Shown here piece after piece: positions 38,868-51,070 of a stretch of 64,000 bases of DNA. Source of the DNA: Podarcis erhardii. Its lineage: Eukaryota. Position numbers and translations under genes: made by a program. The stretch lies in the NCBI GenBank assembly GCA_964252035.1, contig OZ176210.1. The stretch is one strand, 5' to 3'. The number at the start of each line of letters is the position of its first letter. Position 1 is the stretch's first letter. Under the pieces are notes generated by a model, which saw nothing but the letters and a program-made list of their open reading frames with translations, was not told the origin of the DNA and did no database searches.

Positions 38868-38966
38868 CAGATGATCACAGATGGGCTGAAACGCATTAGT
38901 TCCACATACATAGAGTGAAGAATCATCCAGCTGTTGTAAGACACGGACGTAGTTAAGGCACTCTGT
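38868..38966 (-). CDS. SEMA4D: SEMA4D coding exon 4
   Basis: 99 nt, TTTACAG|...CTG|GTAAG; TECLNYVRVLQQLDDSSLYVCGTNAFQPICDHL. Confidence 0.97.
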
Positions 38967-39469
38967 CTGTAAAGGGGAAAAGGTGGAGGAAAATACAGAG
39001 ATTTTCAGAAAGTGCAATGAGAATAAGAAACCCTATTAGCAACTTGCATTGGCTTCAGACCTATACACACAAACAAGGTCAAGCCTTGGTTTTATTAGAA
39101 GAGGTATGAACGATCCTCACGGCTGTGCATGCAACTGCTTTACTCTTCTCTTGCACAAGTGAGCAAACCCAGGAAATATCCCATTAACTACAGTTTCCTG
39201 TTTCGTCTTGAATAGGAAACCGTGGTTGACGGCTTTGGAACAAGCCATTATAGTAAACCATGGTTTTAAGTTTGCTTAACATCCTGGCTTGTTCAGAAGC
39301 TGTAAACCATAGTTTCAGAGCTTTGGCAAAACGGAAAACCATGGTTAATGGAACACTTCTTGTTGTGTTTGCTAAAGGGGTTGTATGCAACAGGTTGCTC
39401 ATATTCTGGCTATGGACGTCTGAGCATGGCTGAAAGTTCACTCAAAACCCTGCTTGTTTTTCTCTAAAG

Positions 39470-39677
39470 CAGGGGTTCTCAAACTGGTCCACGGACCACG
39501 AGTGGGCCATGAACATACAGGTGTTTAGCAGAGTGTTTGTAAAAATACAATTTAAGATCATATAGCGTCTAGCACAGGACATTAAAATTCCAACGAGAAG
39601 CAGAAAAATAAGTGGTCCATCAAGACCCTCAGCCTTCCTCAAGTGGTCGGGGGTGGGGCAGAGTTCGGGAACCAATG
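39470..39677. mobile_element. hAT MITE 1 of a tandem stack
   Basis: CAGGGGTTCTCAAAC...GTTCGGGAACCAATG; CTCTAAAG on both sides. Confidence 0.85.
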
Positions 39678-39685
39678 CTCTAAAG

Positions 39686-40098
39686 CAGGGATGTCCAACA
39701 GGTTGATCGCGATCTACTGGTAGATCCCTGCGAGGTTTTGGTAGATCAAAGTCAATCTCCTTAGCATCAATAAAACTGACTCCTGCCCTGGCCCCTCGCC
39801 CTGCCCTCCAGTGTTATTTGATCTCTGAAAGGGAAGAAAGATCTTTCTCTGTGCTGCTGTTTTCATCCACAGCGATCTTTTTGTGAGTGACTTTACCCCT
39901 TTGTCCTTTGCCTTTAACCCCCCCCCCAAAGGTAAAAAAAGCTCAACAACTTTGAGCTGCCCCCCTAATGGGGCTTTTCTCTCCCCCCCAAAAAAAAGCT
40001 GAACTTTCGAGCTGAAACCCCCCAAAAACGCGGGTAGATCACTGCCAGTTTTTAATTCTGAAAGTAGATCGCAGTCTCTTGAGCGTTGGTCACCCCTG
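39686..40098. mobile_element. hAT MITE 2 of a tandem stack
   Basis: CAGGGATGTCCAAC...GTTGGTCACCCCTG; flanked by CTCTAAAG / CTCTAAGG. Confidence 0.88.
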
Positions 40099-40106
40099 CT
40101 CTAAGG

Positions 40107-41105
40107 CATACATGTTCAGCTGGTGGACCGTGATCGACAGGTAGATCGCCGGGGTGCTCCAGGTTGACTTTAGGATTTAAAAAAGGGATTGCCTGTGTTC
40201 TCCTGTTTGAGCGTGCATTGCCCTGGCCCCAGCACTCTGACCCATCGCTGTGGAAGCTTGCCTTCCATTATGCAGCTGCTTTGTGGATGAAGGAGTGATA
40301 ACTGCGGGTTGCTGTGATCAACTCTTGCCAATCCTTCTGAAAAGAAGCTCAACAACTCTTGCCAATCCTCCCTCCAAAAAAGCTCAACAACTCTGGTCTA
40401 TGCTCCCAAGAAAGCTTGACAACTCTTGGCAACGACGATGGGTAGATCACGGAAGACACAAGATCTACCCACCCGGGAAGAATGGCAGATGAAGGTGATG
40501 AACTTCATGGAATTGGCAGAAATGACTGGCAGAATCCGAAACCAGGGAGAAGAGTTGGTGGAAGAAGATTGGAAGAAATTTAAAGATTATCTACAGAAAT
40601 ATTGTAAAATTAAGGAATGCTAGAAAGATGTTGGAATGAAGTTACATGGGTTTAGCAGAAATGTTATAAAGAATTAAGTATAATAGATTGTAATTGGATT
40701 AAAGGAAAAAAATAATGTTAGAATTTGTTAAGTTAAATGATAGGACAGAAATTTGAGGAAGATGGAAAGGATTTGCTGAAATAATTAATCAAAGTGGAAT
40801 ACAAAAAAAGGGAGGTGTGAGGAGGTCGCTGAAACAAGTAATAGAAAGTTAATATCATTGAAAGTATTGGTTGTGTTTCTTCTTTTTAAATTGTTTTTGT
40901 TTTATTTTTGTTATGTATATGTAATATTTTTGTCTTTGTATTGTATTGTATGGTTTTGTTATGTTTAATTCTTTTTCTTTTTTCTTTCTGTAACTTTCAA
41001 AACTTTAATAAATATTACTTAAAAAAAAAAAGACAATGGGTAGATCACTGCTAGTTTTATTTTACTGGGAGTAGATCGCAGTCTCTAGAGAGTTGGACGG
41101 GCCTG
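40107..41105. mobile_element. hAT MITE 3 of a tandem stack (decayed left TIR; interrupted by L1)
   Basis: catacatgttcagc...gttggacgggcctg; body related to MITE 2 and 49871-50147; flanked by CTCTAAGG / ATCTAAAG. Confidence 0.72.
40451..41031 (+). mobile_element. L1-clade LINE 3' end
   Basis: KTQDLPTREEWQMKVMNFMELAEMTGRIRNQGEELVEEDWKKFKDYL; AATAAA + poly(A); 17-bp TSD GAC(G/A)ATGGGTAGATCAC at 40434-40450 and 41032-41048. Confidence 0.85.
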
Positions 41106-41515
41106 ATCTAAAGCAACAGCAACAAGGAGAAAAGCTAAATAAGCTCATCCATCAATGAACTGCTGCTTCCCATCATCTGTAACTTCAAATATGTTGCAGC
41201 ACAAAGCCAAGGCTGCTTGCAGTTATGGGAGAGGTTGGCTCTTTTTCATACTTGGTACTGCTGCATTTGAAGAAGGGAAGAAAGCAGCACTACCGTGCGG
41301 CAAACAATCAGCTCTACATTTTTTATCACGCATGTACACACAACCGTTCAGCATCATGACTTACAGGAACTAACACAGCAAAAGAGACACATTAACTCTC
41401 CTGAAGGTTTAATTAAAGGGGCATGGAAAATTAATCACTTCTGCAATACTACGAGGGGAAAAAAACTTTCTTGAAAGTCAAGCTGATAAAGAGACAAGCC
41501 GCAAACTCTTCTCAC

Positions 41516-41578
41516 CTGTTTGGATTTGCCCTTTTCTGCACATTTCGTCTTCTTGTCTTCTGTGACCTTCCAAAACAC
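41516..41578 (-). CDS. SEMA4D: SEMA4D coding exon 3
   Basis: 63 nt, CCTCCAG|...CAG|GTGAG; VFWKVTEDKKTKCAEKGKSKQ (absent from ORF track). Confidence 0.96.
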
Positions 41579-41872
41579 CTGGAGGAAAAGAGAACTAGGG
41601 TAAGAACAAATCAAAGGAACTTTTCAGTGCTCCCACAAAGAGCAATTATAATATTACGGCGTCCAAAGCCATCCCGGGGCAACTGCAAGCAGCTATATAC
41701 CTCTTTTTTAAAAAAAAAAAATCTGCTGTCTTGGAAATGGGACTTTTCCAAACACACCTGCAGTACTGGAGTTGGAGAACCTTAAGCACATATGTAAGAT
41801 TACAGTAGATTACTTCAAATGATTCATTATGCTTCCCATGAATTGGATTTGTGTAGGAACTGTTTACAATCT

Positions 41873-42521
41873 ATGGTGGTGCCTTGGTTCTCAAACGTGC
41901 TGGTTCTCAAACACCTTTGTTTCCAAATGCCAAAAACCCGGACGTAAGTGTTCTGGTTTTCAAACATTTTTCAGAAGCCGAACATCCAGTGAGGATGTCG
42001 GCTATTGTTTCCGGGGCCCCTACACCAATCTGAAGCTGTGCCCTGGTTTTCAAACATTTCAAAAGTCAAACAAACTTCCGGAATGGATTAAGTTTGGCAC
42101 TTTTCTTTTTGCTACTTATTTTGCGTTTTTATTTTTGAGGCTTTTTTGGTTAATTTGTTTTTGTGACTGTGTGGAACCCAGTTCAGCTACTGATTGATTG
42201 TGTAACTGCGGAAATGATTAACAGCCCCCCATCCAAACAATGACTATCATCACTGCAGGTATGAAAAATATTTAATTCTAATTTTTATCATCCACAATAC
42301 TGTCTTATCTATTTTATAGTACAGTACATTGATTATTGCTTTCGTTTTATGGATCAATGGTCTTGTTAGATAGTAAAATTCATGTTAAATTGCTGTTTTA
42401 GGGGTTGTTTTTAAAAGTCTGGAATGGATGAATCCATTTTGCATTACTTTCTATGGAAAAGCGCCCATTTGGAACAACAGACATCCAGAACGGATTACGT
42501 TTGAGAACCAAGGTACCCCAG
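41873..42521. mobile_element. Tc1/mariner non-autonomous element (~650 bp)
   Basis: Left ggtggtgccttggttctcaaac, right gtttgagaaccaaggtaccccag|TA. Confidence 0.8.
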
Positions 42522-42971
42522 TATAGGGCAAATGACAACCACTGCCCTTCCATCCAGCCATTTCCCAAACTGAGAAAACAATATAAGCAACAGGAAAGCA
42601 ATAATATAAAACAAACCTGTATATTAAAGACTATGCAGCTAGAAAATGGCTGACAGGTTTCACCTGGTAAAAGCTTTAAGCTCTCTAGCTTTAAGCATGA
42701 AAGTAGCAAGGGGATTGCATTTTGAAGCCCTACAACAATGCATATTCTGATGCACGCCTACAGTTAACAGAGGAATAAAACATATTACTTTGAGCATGCA
42801 TGTTTAAATTAATTAAATATTAATTAATTAATAATTTTATTATTTATACCCCACCCACCTGGCTGGGTTTCCCCAGCCACTCTCAGCACCTTCCAGCACA
42901 GCTAAAAACACAGTATGTTTGGGCTTGGGCTGCTGATCATGAATATTTAGTATACAAAACTGCATACTTAC

Positions 42972-43117
42972 CTCTTGCTTTTTTTCAGTAATGTTCAATG
43001 CATTTAGCGCAAAGATCACTTCTCTAGCTCCTACGTACAAAACATCCTTATCTTCACTTAGCAACAAAGTTGAGTAGTTAAATATTTCGGGCTCTTGAAA
43101 ATATACTAGATGAACTT
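42972..43117 (-). CDS. SEMA4D: SEMA4D coding exon 2 (Sema domain start)
   Basis: 146 nt, TTTTAACAG|...GAG|GTAAGT; (E)VHLVYFQEPEIFNYSTLLLSEDKDVLYVGAREVIFALNALNITEKKQE. Confidence 0.96.
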
Positions 43118-43510
43118 CTGTTAAAATACAATTAAAATTTCAAGGCAAACATTAATTCAAAATGCATTCATTTCAAGGCAAACTTTATTTACAATTGACT
43201 AAATAGTTGCTTGACTTCAAATCCTGGCCTAGATCCACTGATTTTGAGATCGTTAACTAAAGTGGCACAACCTAATGACTGGACATTAGTCGAATTGAAG
43301 GGAGAGAAAGCAATCCGAAAGCTTAAGCAAATGCAAATTCGCTGCCCTGGAGGCCAGGATTGTACAGATGGTCATTGGAATGTTTGAAATGGGGTTCTTC
43401 CTGAGTGGGAAACAATGAAAAAATTGAGGGGGCCCTACAGTCAAGTGATATGCAGAAGCCACAGAATGATAATGGCTATTATTAGGACCAACCTAAATGT
43501 CAAAATCTAT

Positions 43511-43700
43511 AATTGTTTATTGCCTTGACATCTGATGGGAGGGCGTTCCACTGGGTGGGTGCCACTATTGAGAAGGCCCTCTGCCTGGTTCCCTGTAACC
43601 TCACTTCTCTCAGTGAGGGAACCGCCAGAAGGCCCTCGGTGCTGGACTACAGTGTCCGGGCTGAATAATGGGGGTGGAGACGCTCTTTCAGCTATACTGG
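43511..43700 (-). mobile_element. L2 fragment
   Basis: Same sequence as the 23140-23320 part of the L2 at 22980. Confidence 0.82.
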
Positions 43701-44207
43701 TATCGCCAGATCGCGAAGTTTGCCGGGCAATACATCTCAGTGTTGAAAACTTGGCATTGACCAGCCTTACTATACAGGTGGGAGCTCAGGATTTGGGTTG
43801 GCCTGTGTGGTTGACCACTTGACCTCCCCCCCACAACCAACCATTCTATATGTGGCAGTGATGCTGTTGCTGAGGGGCAGGGAAGCAGCAGTCCACTGTG
43901 CCAACTGAAAGCAGTTACTCGAGTCAATCCAATAAATAATGGTTCCTTGTGAGGCACAGAGAAACATAGGAAAACAACGATTGGCAACTAACAATGAGGT
44001 AGTTGTTCTTGAAGGTCTCCTCATTAAATGCCAAGGAGCAACCAAAGGTGTAAATGCAAGGGTAGCAAAAAAAATTGTTGTTTACAGTACGATGCCAGAC
44101 TTCCAACTCTTGCTAGAAAGTTCTGAGTAGGTCTTCCACTCCCATTTATTTCACTGAGTTGCTGTGCCAATTATGTAGATATCAACACTATTTTGCATTA
44201 GCTATAC

Positions 44208-44345
44208 CAGGGTTTTCGGAACATGGGTATCCAGTTGTTTTTTGGACTGCAATTCCCATCATCCCTGACCATTGATCCTTCTAGCTAGGGATGATTGGAG
44301 TTGTAGTCCCCAAAACAGCGAGAAACCCAAGTTTGGGAAACCCTG
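44208..44345. mobile_element. Palindromic ~138-bp hAT MITE
   Basis: CAGGGTTTT...AAACCCTG; body shared with 59344-59480; partial copies near 15760, 49510 and 55090. Confidence 0.8.
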
Positions 44346-44475
44346 GGCTATATTGTATGACGACATTAAACAAGCCTTTAATCTACTGCTATGGAGGATT
44401 TTGTATCAGCAAAGTACAGAACTACTACTCATTTATTTTATGAATCTCTATCCTTACCGTAAGCTATGCTCTTAC

Positions 44476-44566
44476 CTTTGTGTTCCCAGGTAATCCGGGG
44501 CACTGGGCCAAACGCTGCTGCCATTCCAAGAAATAAACTCACAGCCCCGTATAGAAGAAAAGCCAT
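44476..44566 (-). CDS. SEMA4D: Semaphorin-4D coding exon 1 (signal peptide); full exon incl. 5'UTR is 44476-44865
   Basis: ATG in strong Kozak context (AACATGG) reads MAFLLYGAVSLFLGMAAAFGPVPRITWEHK, then G|GTAAG donor; in-frame stop upstream at 44648-44650; acceptor CCTTTTATTTCTGCAG ends at 44866. Confidence 0.93.
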
Positions 44567-44577
44567 GTTAAGTGTCC

Positions 44578-44835
44578 TTAGTCTATGAATGCAGATGGGC
44601 AACCGCAGCAGCAAAAGTTCATTTGGCAGAAGAAACGCCTTTGGAGTTCAGAGGGTCTGCGAAGACATGGGCATCTTCATACTAAACGCGTGAGCCGTTG
44701 GTTCCTTGCGAGGGTGCTTCCGAATGCCTGCTATCTGACAGATCACTTCCCCCAAGAGGCATGCACTGGCCACAGCAGAGAACGGAAAAGATTTCTAGAA
44801 GGAGTCTCAGCAAAACCTCTACTTCTTAAGCACAT
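44578..44835 (-). promoter_or_regulatory. Cluster of four uORFs in the SEMA4D 5'UTR
   Basis: ATG-initiated ORFs at 44743-44835 (30 aa), 44682-44762 (26 aa), 44648-44680 (10 aa, three ATGs), 44578-44622 (14 aa); presence is direct, function untested. Confidence 0.6.
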
Positions 44836-45648
44836 GCTTCTGATCCGTTGGGTTGGTGTATAAAGCTGCAGAAATAAAAGGCAGAAGGAAGGAAGTTGTC
44901 AGATTTTCACAGTAGCTAATGATTTCCAAGCTAGACTCTTTCCTTTGTTAAGAAACGTCCCCACAGCAAAGACTCTGGTTTTATAAAAGGAAACAGTGGC
45001 TCATTTTCAGAAATAGCCACAGGAAGCTATTAACAACCATAATTTTCCATGAGCTCTCATGATTTATATCTGTCATATCAATACTTGTAGACAAGCATTT
45101 TGGGGATATGGAAGGGAGATGTTGCATTTTCGAAGCTCAAGGTGTAGTTTAAATATTTTAACAAAAGACTAAAATGGAACTATATATTGCGGGCAGAGGT
45201 TTTGGCTGCAGGTAGCTCGAGACGTTTCTGTGCAACCCATGGGCTTTCTGTAGGAGTTGTATGAATCCCAGGATTTTGCTTCCAAACTATGAAGCATTCA
45301 GAGTCTTAGATTCCCAATTTCAGATACCATCTGGGGGAGAATCTTGAAGATCATGAAGTGAGCTTTGTGGCTAAAGTGAGAATTTGAACTGTGGCTCCCA
45401 TCTCTTCTAAAAAGAAAGGCAACTCTGAAAATTAATTGCCAAATGCGCTATAATCTACTGAATTCAATTTTTTGGTATATTTCACCGAATTAGCAAATTC
45501 AGTATATGACTCTAGACAGCTCTATGCATTTAGCTGAATGTTTTGCACACCCATTCTGTGCAGAAAATGGTACGGAACAGGCTTATGTTTGAATGCAGGC
45601 AAAACTGTCCCTATTTTCTAATTATTTCAACCAAGTACCTTTCAGTGG

Positions 45649-46171
45649 GAGGAAAGCAATGACAAACCTAGACAGCATCTTAAAAAGTAGAGACATCACC
45701 TTGCTAACAAAGGTCCGTATAGTAAAAGCTATGGTTTTCCCAGTAGTGATGTATGGAAGTGAGAGCTGGACCATAAAGAAGGCAGATCGCCGAAGAATTG
45801 ATGCTTTTGAATTATGGTGCTGGAGGAGACTCTTGAGAGTCCCATGGACTGCAAGAAGAACAAACCGATCCTTTCTTAAGGAAATCAGCCCTGAGTGCTC
45901 ACTGGAAGGACAGATCGTGAAGCTGAGGCTCCAAGACTTTGGCCACCTCATGAGAAGAGAAGACTCCCTGGAAAAGACCCTGATGTTGGGAAAGATGGAG
46001 GGCACAAGGAGAAGGGGACGACAGAGGACGAGATGGTTGGATAGTGTCTTCGAAGCTACAAACATGAGTCTGACCAAACTGCGGGAGGCAGTGGAAGACA
46101 GAAGTGCCTGGCGTGCTCTGGTCCATGGGGTCACGAAGAGTCGGACACGACTAAACGACTAAACAACAACA
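45649..46171 (+). mobile_element. BovB (RTE) LINE, 5'-truncated, young
   Basis: RKAMTNLDSILKSRDITLLTKVRIVKAMVFPVVMYGSESWTIKKADRRRIDAFELWCWRRLLRVPWTARR...; (CAA)n tail; 12-bp TSD ACCTTTCAGTGG at 45637-45648 and 46172-46183. Confidence 0.96.
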
Positions 46172-47357
46172 ACCTTTCAGTGGAACTCTAGGCATGAGAC
46201 CAACAGGAAGTCAGCACAGGTGCATAAATATATAGGATGGCAGCTTTAATGACTCAGCTAGATTTATTGTGTCTGGGCAAATTATGTAACTTCTTTGTTC
46301 GAGCTATTCCAGTTCAATTTCTCATTTTCTGTCTACATAAAAGGTGAGCCAGCAGAAGAATGTAACCATGGCAACTAATAAGCACCGAGGGATCCTGACA
46401 TCAAGACAGATGCTTACCAATACCTTACCTGGGCCTTGTATCTAATATATATAGGAGATTTACAGTTTCACTCTGAAGATCCTTCCACTGTGGTTCACTG
46501 GAGGTGAATACAGACCAGATGAACTTGGGACAGTTTGTTTTGTATTTTTTCCCCTCTTAAAAACCCTACCATTTTCTCTTCTGTGTTCTCTTCTTTTGTC
46601 ATGACCTGTGGCAGTCTTTTATGCATGGACGTATACCTATTTTGGACTGCGCTGAGCTCTGTATTTGCAATTCTGAGCTTATGAATAAAGGCTGACAAGT
46701 CATCACAGCTACTGAAAGCCACCCCTGGCTCTATCTAATATTCCACCAGGATAATCCTACTGAGTCCATCTGGGTGACCCATTTTAATAATACTTGATAA
46801 CTACTTAAGCTTCGCTATTTGCTTAGTTCTCAATTTATGAATATTTAGAACTGTAATTCCCAATCGTAACAATCGTACTTCCCATTATTTAGGGACATTC
46901 TTCTGCTTAGTAACTGCCAACCCTCATTTCCTTAAAATTCTGATCACTTGGAATTCTAGTAAATGGTCATTATCTTTTACACTCGGTGTTTCTGAGCAAA
47001 TATTAAGTTATTCAATGCATTATTTTCTAAAATAAGAGAATTGTTTGTTTTCGTGTGTGTGTTCCTTAAATAGTATATTGGAATAGCCATTTACTGTTAT
47101 TTGAAGCCAAAGACAAGTATTGCATATTTTATACAGCGTATCTTTTCATAGACTGCAGTCCTACTTCTTTAGATGCCAGAGGTGGTGCCGGAACTGTGCC
47201 TGTATACTTCTAAGAAGTATAAAGTCAATTTATTTTAATGACTATTTCAACTAATTAGTTTGCACCTTTGTTCAGGAAATAAGTGGCGTACTGATATGAT
47301 AAGGCACTGCACAGAGGCCAATTTATCATACAGCAGCAACTCAGAAAACTTCATATA

Positions 47358-47593
47358 CAGTTGTACCTTGGAAGTCAAACGGAATCTGTTCCACAAGTCC
47401 GTTCAACTTCCAAAACGTTTGGAAACCAAAGCACGGCTTCTGACTGGCTGCAGGAAGCTCCTGCCGCAGAAGCCCCATCAGATTTTCAGCTTCCAAAAAT
47501 AGTTCTCAAATCAAAACAGTCACTTCCGAGTTTGCGGCGTTCGGGAGCCAAAACGTTTGAGAACTAAGCTGTTCAAAAACCAAGGTACAACTG
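47358..47593. mobile_element. Tc1/mariner MITE
   Basis: TA|CAGTTGTACCTTGG...CCAAGGTACAACTG|TG. Confidence 0.88.
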
Positions 47594-48123
47594 TGATTCC
47601 TCTTTCCAAAATCATGACTAGAATGAAAGGAAAGAAGTCGCTCCTACCGTCGCTTGCAGAGACATGAAACAGTTGAATCTAGCTAAATGAAGGGCAAACA
47701 AACAAGCAAACCCAATGGCTAACTCTTCAGCAATAATCTTCTTTTTGTTTAGCTCAGTATGTTTTCCAGTGAAGGCGTTCCCCAACTTACTTTGCTTTCT
47801 GTTTTCTCTCTAGAGATTGATATCCGAGGATGGGAGGGTGACGAGGGACACCTAGAGTTAATACTACCTTCCAACCCACCCTGGAAGCAACCCCCCTGGA
47901 ATTATTTTGTTGTCTCTGTTGACTTCATAAGTATGAGTTTGGGTGGTATTTAGGGGTTGACTGTATGAGGTGGGCTGGATAACTTTTTGAGCCAAAGGGC
48001 TGCAACTCCACTTCTGGTGGCAGAGTGGCAGTTTCGCAGAGAGAACACTTGACCCAGCTCTGGTTTAGGCTGCAAACCAGCACCAGCAAATGAGAAGGAA
48101 AAGTGCTGATAAACGAGAGACCT

Positions 48124-48518
48124 CCATTGGCTCCCAGCACATTTCCGAGCACAATTCAAAGTGTTGGTGCTTAAAGCCCTAAACAGCCTCAGCCCAGTAT
48201 ACCTGAAGGAGTATCTCCACCCTCATTATTCAGCCTGGACACTGAGGTCCAGCTCCGAGGGCCTTCTGGCAGTTCCCTCCCTGCGAGAAGTGAGGTTACA
48301 GGGAACCAGGCAGAGGGCCTTCTTGGTGGTGGCGCCCTCCCTGTGGAACGCCCTCCCACTAGATGTCAAGGAAAGGCAGTCCTGTTTAGGGAAGTTTTTA
48401 ATGTTTGATGTTTTATAATGTTTTTAATATTCAGTTGGAAACCACCCAGAGTGGCTGGGGAAACCCAGCCAGATGGGTGGGGTATAAATAATAAAATTGT
48501 TGTTGTTGTTGTTGTTGC
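48124..48518 (+). mobile_element. L2 LINE 3' fragment
   Basis: LKALNSLSPVYLKEYLHPHYSAWTLRSSSEGLLAVPSLREVRLQGTRQRAFLVVAPSLWNALP; (TTG)n tail. Confidence 0.88.
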
Positions 48519-49870
48519 TGCTGTTAAGATGCATGTTGTGTGTTGGGAGGACAAAATGCATGCATAGGTAGACTGAGAGTGCTCATCCTTGATGCTGTTT
48601 CCATTTCTGCCCCAGACCAAGGGAGATAAACTTATTTCTTTTCCTCGCCCAAACTCTTTTTGAGGAAAGGACTGGTGGCCTCGAACCCTCAACTTGGGGT
48701 TTTATAGGTGGCATCAGCATCAATGAGGAAGATCTATGCAATGGGTGTAATGAGCACTTCATGCAGACAGGAATGGCTGTTGCCATCAACAAGGAGATAG
48801 GAGGAGATTGTGGACAGATGTCTAGTCTAGTGCCCTAATCTGTGAAATCACTCCATTCTGGTGGAAACTGATAGAACTACACAATTAAACAAAAGATTAC
48901 ATGTGTGAGGTTGGACACACAGACTTGCAATGAACATGAGGAAAGAAACCGAAAAGAATGAGCATTACTTGAAGTTCTATTTGCAACAAGCAGAGACATT
49001 TAGACGATCACTTAGAAAGACACCCAACAGAAGGATAATTTTATGACAGGAATTCTGTTACACTATATAATCACCTGCCTCACATAATTAGAAATCAGAC
49101 AGATGGATGGGGACTGTGTATATTTCTCTCTCAAAAATATGCTTTTTTTATTATTTCACACTGGTTCAATGGCAGCACTAATAATCTTTGTGCCGAGAGA
49201 AATTAGTATGTGTCACCAGAACATACAGCTGGTGCAGCCAGCAGCACTATGTTAAAAAACGATATAACAGCTTCCAAAGTTGGGGGGGGGGGACACAATC
49301 ACACAAGCCAGGCCTTCTTATTTTTAAAGGCACTTGCTAAAGTCAATTTATGACATAATGTTATGTTTAAAAATACCGTCCTGTGGCTTGAACAAAATAC
49401 TAATCGATGGCAGATATGCAATGGCCACCATTAGGGAAACTTACATTGGTTTCATGCAGGAGTAGCTCAAGAGCTCAGCTGAAAGAATGCAAGAGAAGCC
49501 CATCTGTTTCAGGGATGGGCGTCCCTGTTATTGCACTCCAACTCCCAACAGCCCCAGCTACCATGGCCAGGGGTCAGGAATGATGGGAGTTGTAGTTCAA
49601 CAACATCTGGAGGGCTGAAGGTTCTCCATTCTTGGTCTGCCTATTTAAGGATCCTGTTTTCTACAGAGGTCAAGAGGCCTTTGGAAAGTCCACAAGCCAA
49701 GGTGGGGCTCTCCTCAGCAGCTGGAATTTCCAACTTCTGAACTGGAGTTCCAGTTAGCCATCGTAGCTACTTAGTCACTGGTAGACTTATCCTCCATGAG
49801 TTGGTCTAATCCTCCTTTACAGCCATCTAAGTCAATGGCTGTCACCACTGTGGTGGTGAACTCCCTAAGC

Positions 49871-50147
49871 CAGGCATGTCCAACCAGCAGATCACGATCT
49901 ACTGGTAGATTCCCAGCTGATCCTGGTCAATCATGGGATCCTTATCGATCATGGGATTAAATAAAGTTTACTGAAAATTAACAAATAAAAGCTGAAGAAC
50001 TCTGGGCAACCCGACCCCAAAAAAGCTCAACAACTCTGGGCAATCCACCCACCCTACGCACGCTCCTCCTCCCTCCAATGAGTAGATCACTGCCAGTTTT
50101 TTAATACTGGGAGTAGATCACAATCTCTTGGGAGTTGGACGTGCCTG
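49871..50147. mobile_element. hAT MITE (family of the 39686 element)
   Basis: CAGGCATGTCCAAC...GTTGGACGTGCCTG; TSD CCCTAAGC / CCCTAAGA; another partial copy at ~52850-52995. Confidence 0.87.
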
Positions 50148-50151
50148 CCCT

Positions 50152-50408
50152 AAGAAGAAGAAGAAGAAGAGTTTGGATTTGATATCCTGCTTTATCACTA
50201 CCCAAAGGAGTCTCAAAGCGGCTAACGTTCTCCTTTCTCTTCCTCCCCCACAACAAACACTCTGTGAGGTGAGTGGGGCTGAGAGACTTCAAAGAAGTGT
50301 GACTGGCCCAAAGTCACCCAGCAGCTGCATGTAGAGGAGCAGAGATGCGAACCCGGTTCCCCAGATTACGAGTCCACCGCTCTTAACCACTACACCACAC
50401 TGGCTCTC
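50152..50408 (-). mobile_element. tRNA-derived SINE (Squam3-like)
   Basis: Minus head gagagccagtgtggtgtagtggttaagagc...ccgggttcgc; (CTT)n tail. Confidence 0.8.
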
Positions 50409-50744
50409 CATTAATGCTTTGGGTGGAAGTAGTTGTTTTGTTCTGTGCATTCTGAATCTATGACCAATCAATCTCATGGGATGAACTCTGCTTCAGCTAT
50501 TATGGGAAAGCAAGAAAAAAACGCCCACATTCTCAATGCCAAACCCCTTTCATATTTAGCTCTATCACACATGCAATACAGTTTACAACTGGGATCTTGA
50601 CACCACCAAAAGAGTATGCAAGCCTCGCCATTCTGCACTGGAAGCTGATTCTACCCAATCCCTGGGAGAAGCAGCAGCAGATATTGGCTTTTCTACATGT
50701 TAGCATTCTGCGTGCAAGGAATTTTCGAAACAGAGATGGGGTGG

Positions 50745-51070
50745 GGGGTGGCGCTGTGGGTTAAACCACAGAGCCTAGGACTTGCCGATCAGAAGGTCAG
50801 CGGTTTGAATCCCCACGATGGAGTGAGCTCCCATTGCTCGGTCCCAGCTCCTGCCAACTAGCAGTTTGAAAGCACATCAAAGTGCAAGTAGATAAATAGG
50901 TACCACTCCGGTGGGAAGGTAAACGTGCGCTGCTCTGGTTCGCCAGAAGCGGCTTAGTCATGCTGGCCACATGACCCGGAAGCTATACGTCGGCTCCCTT
51001 GGCCAGTATAATGAGATGAGTACCACAACCGCAGAGTCGTCCACGACTGGACCTAATGGTCAGGGGTCCC
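50745..51070 (+). mobile_element. Sauria SINE
   Basis: gtggcgctgtgggttaaaccac...ggacctaatggtcaggggtccc. Confidence 0.92.

Noticed and set aside
45622-46134. 170-aa minus ORF
   Set aside because: Antisense frame of BovB.
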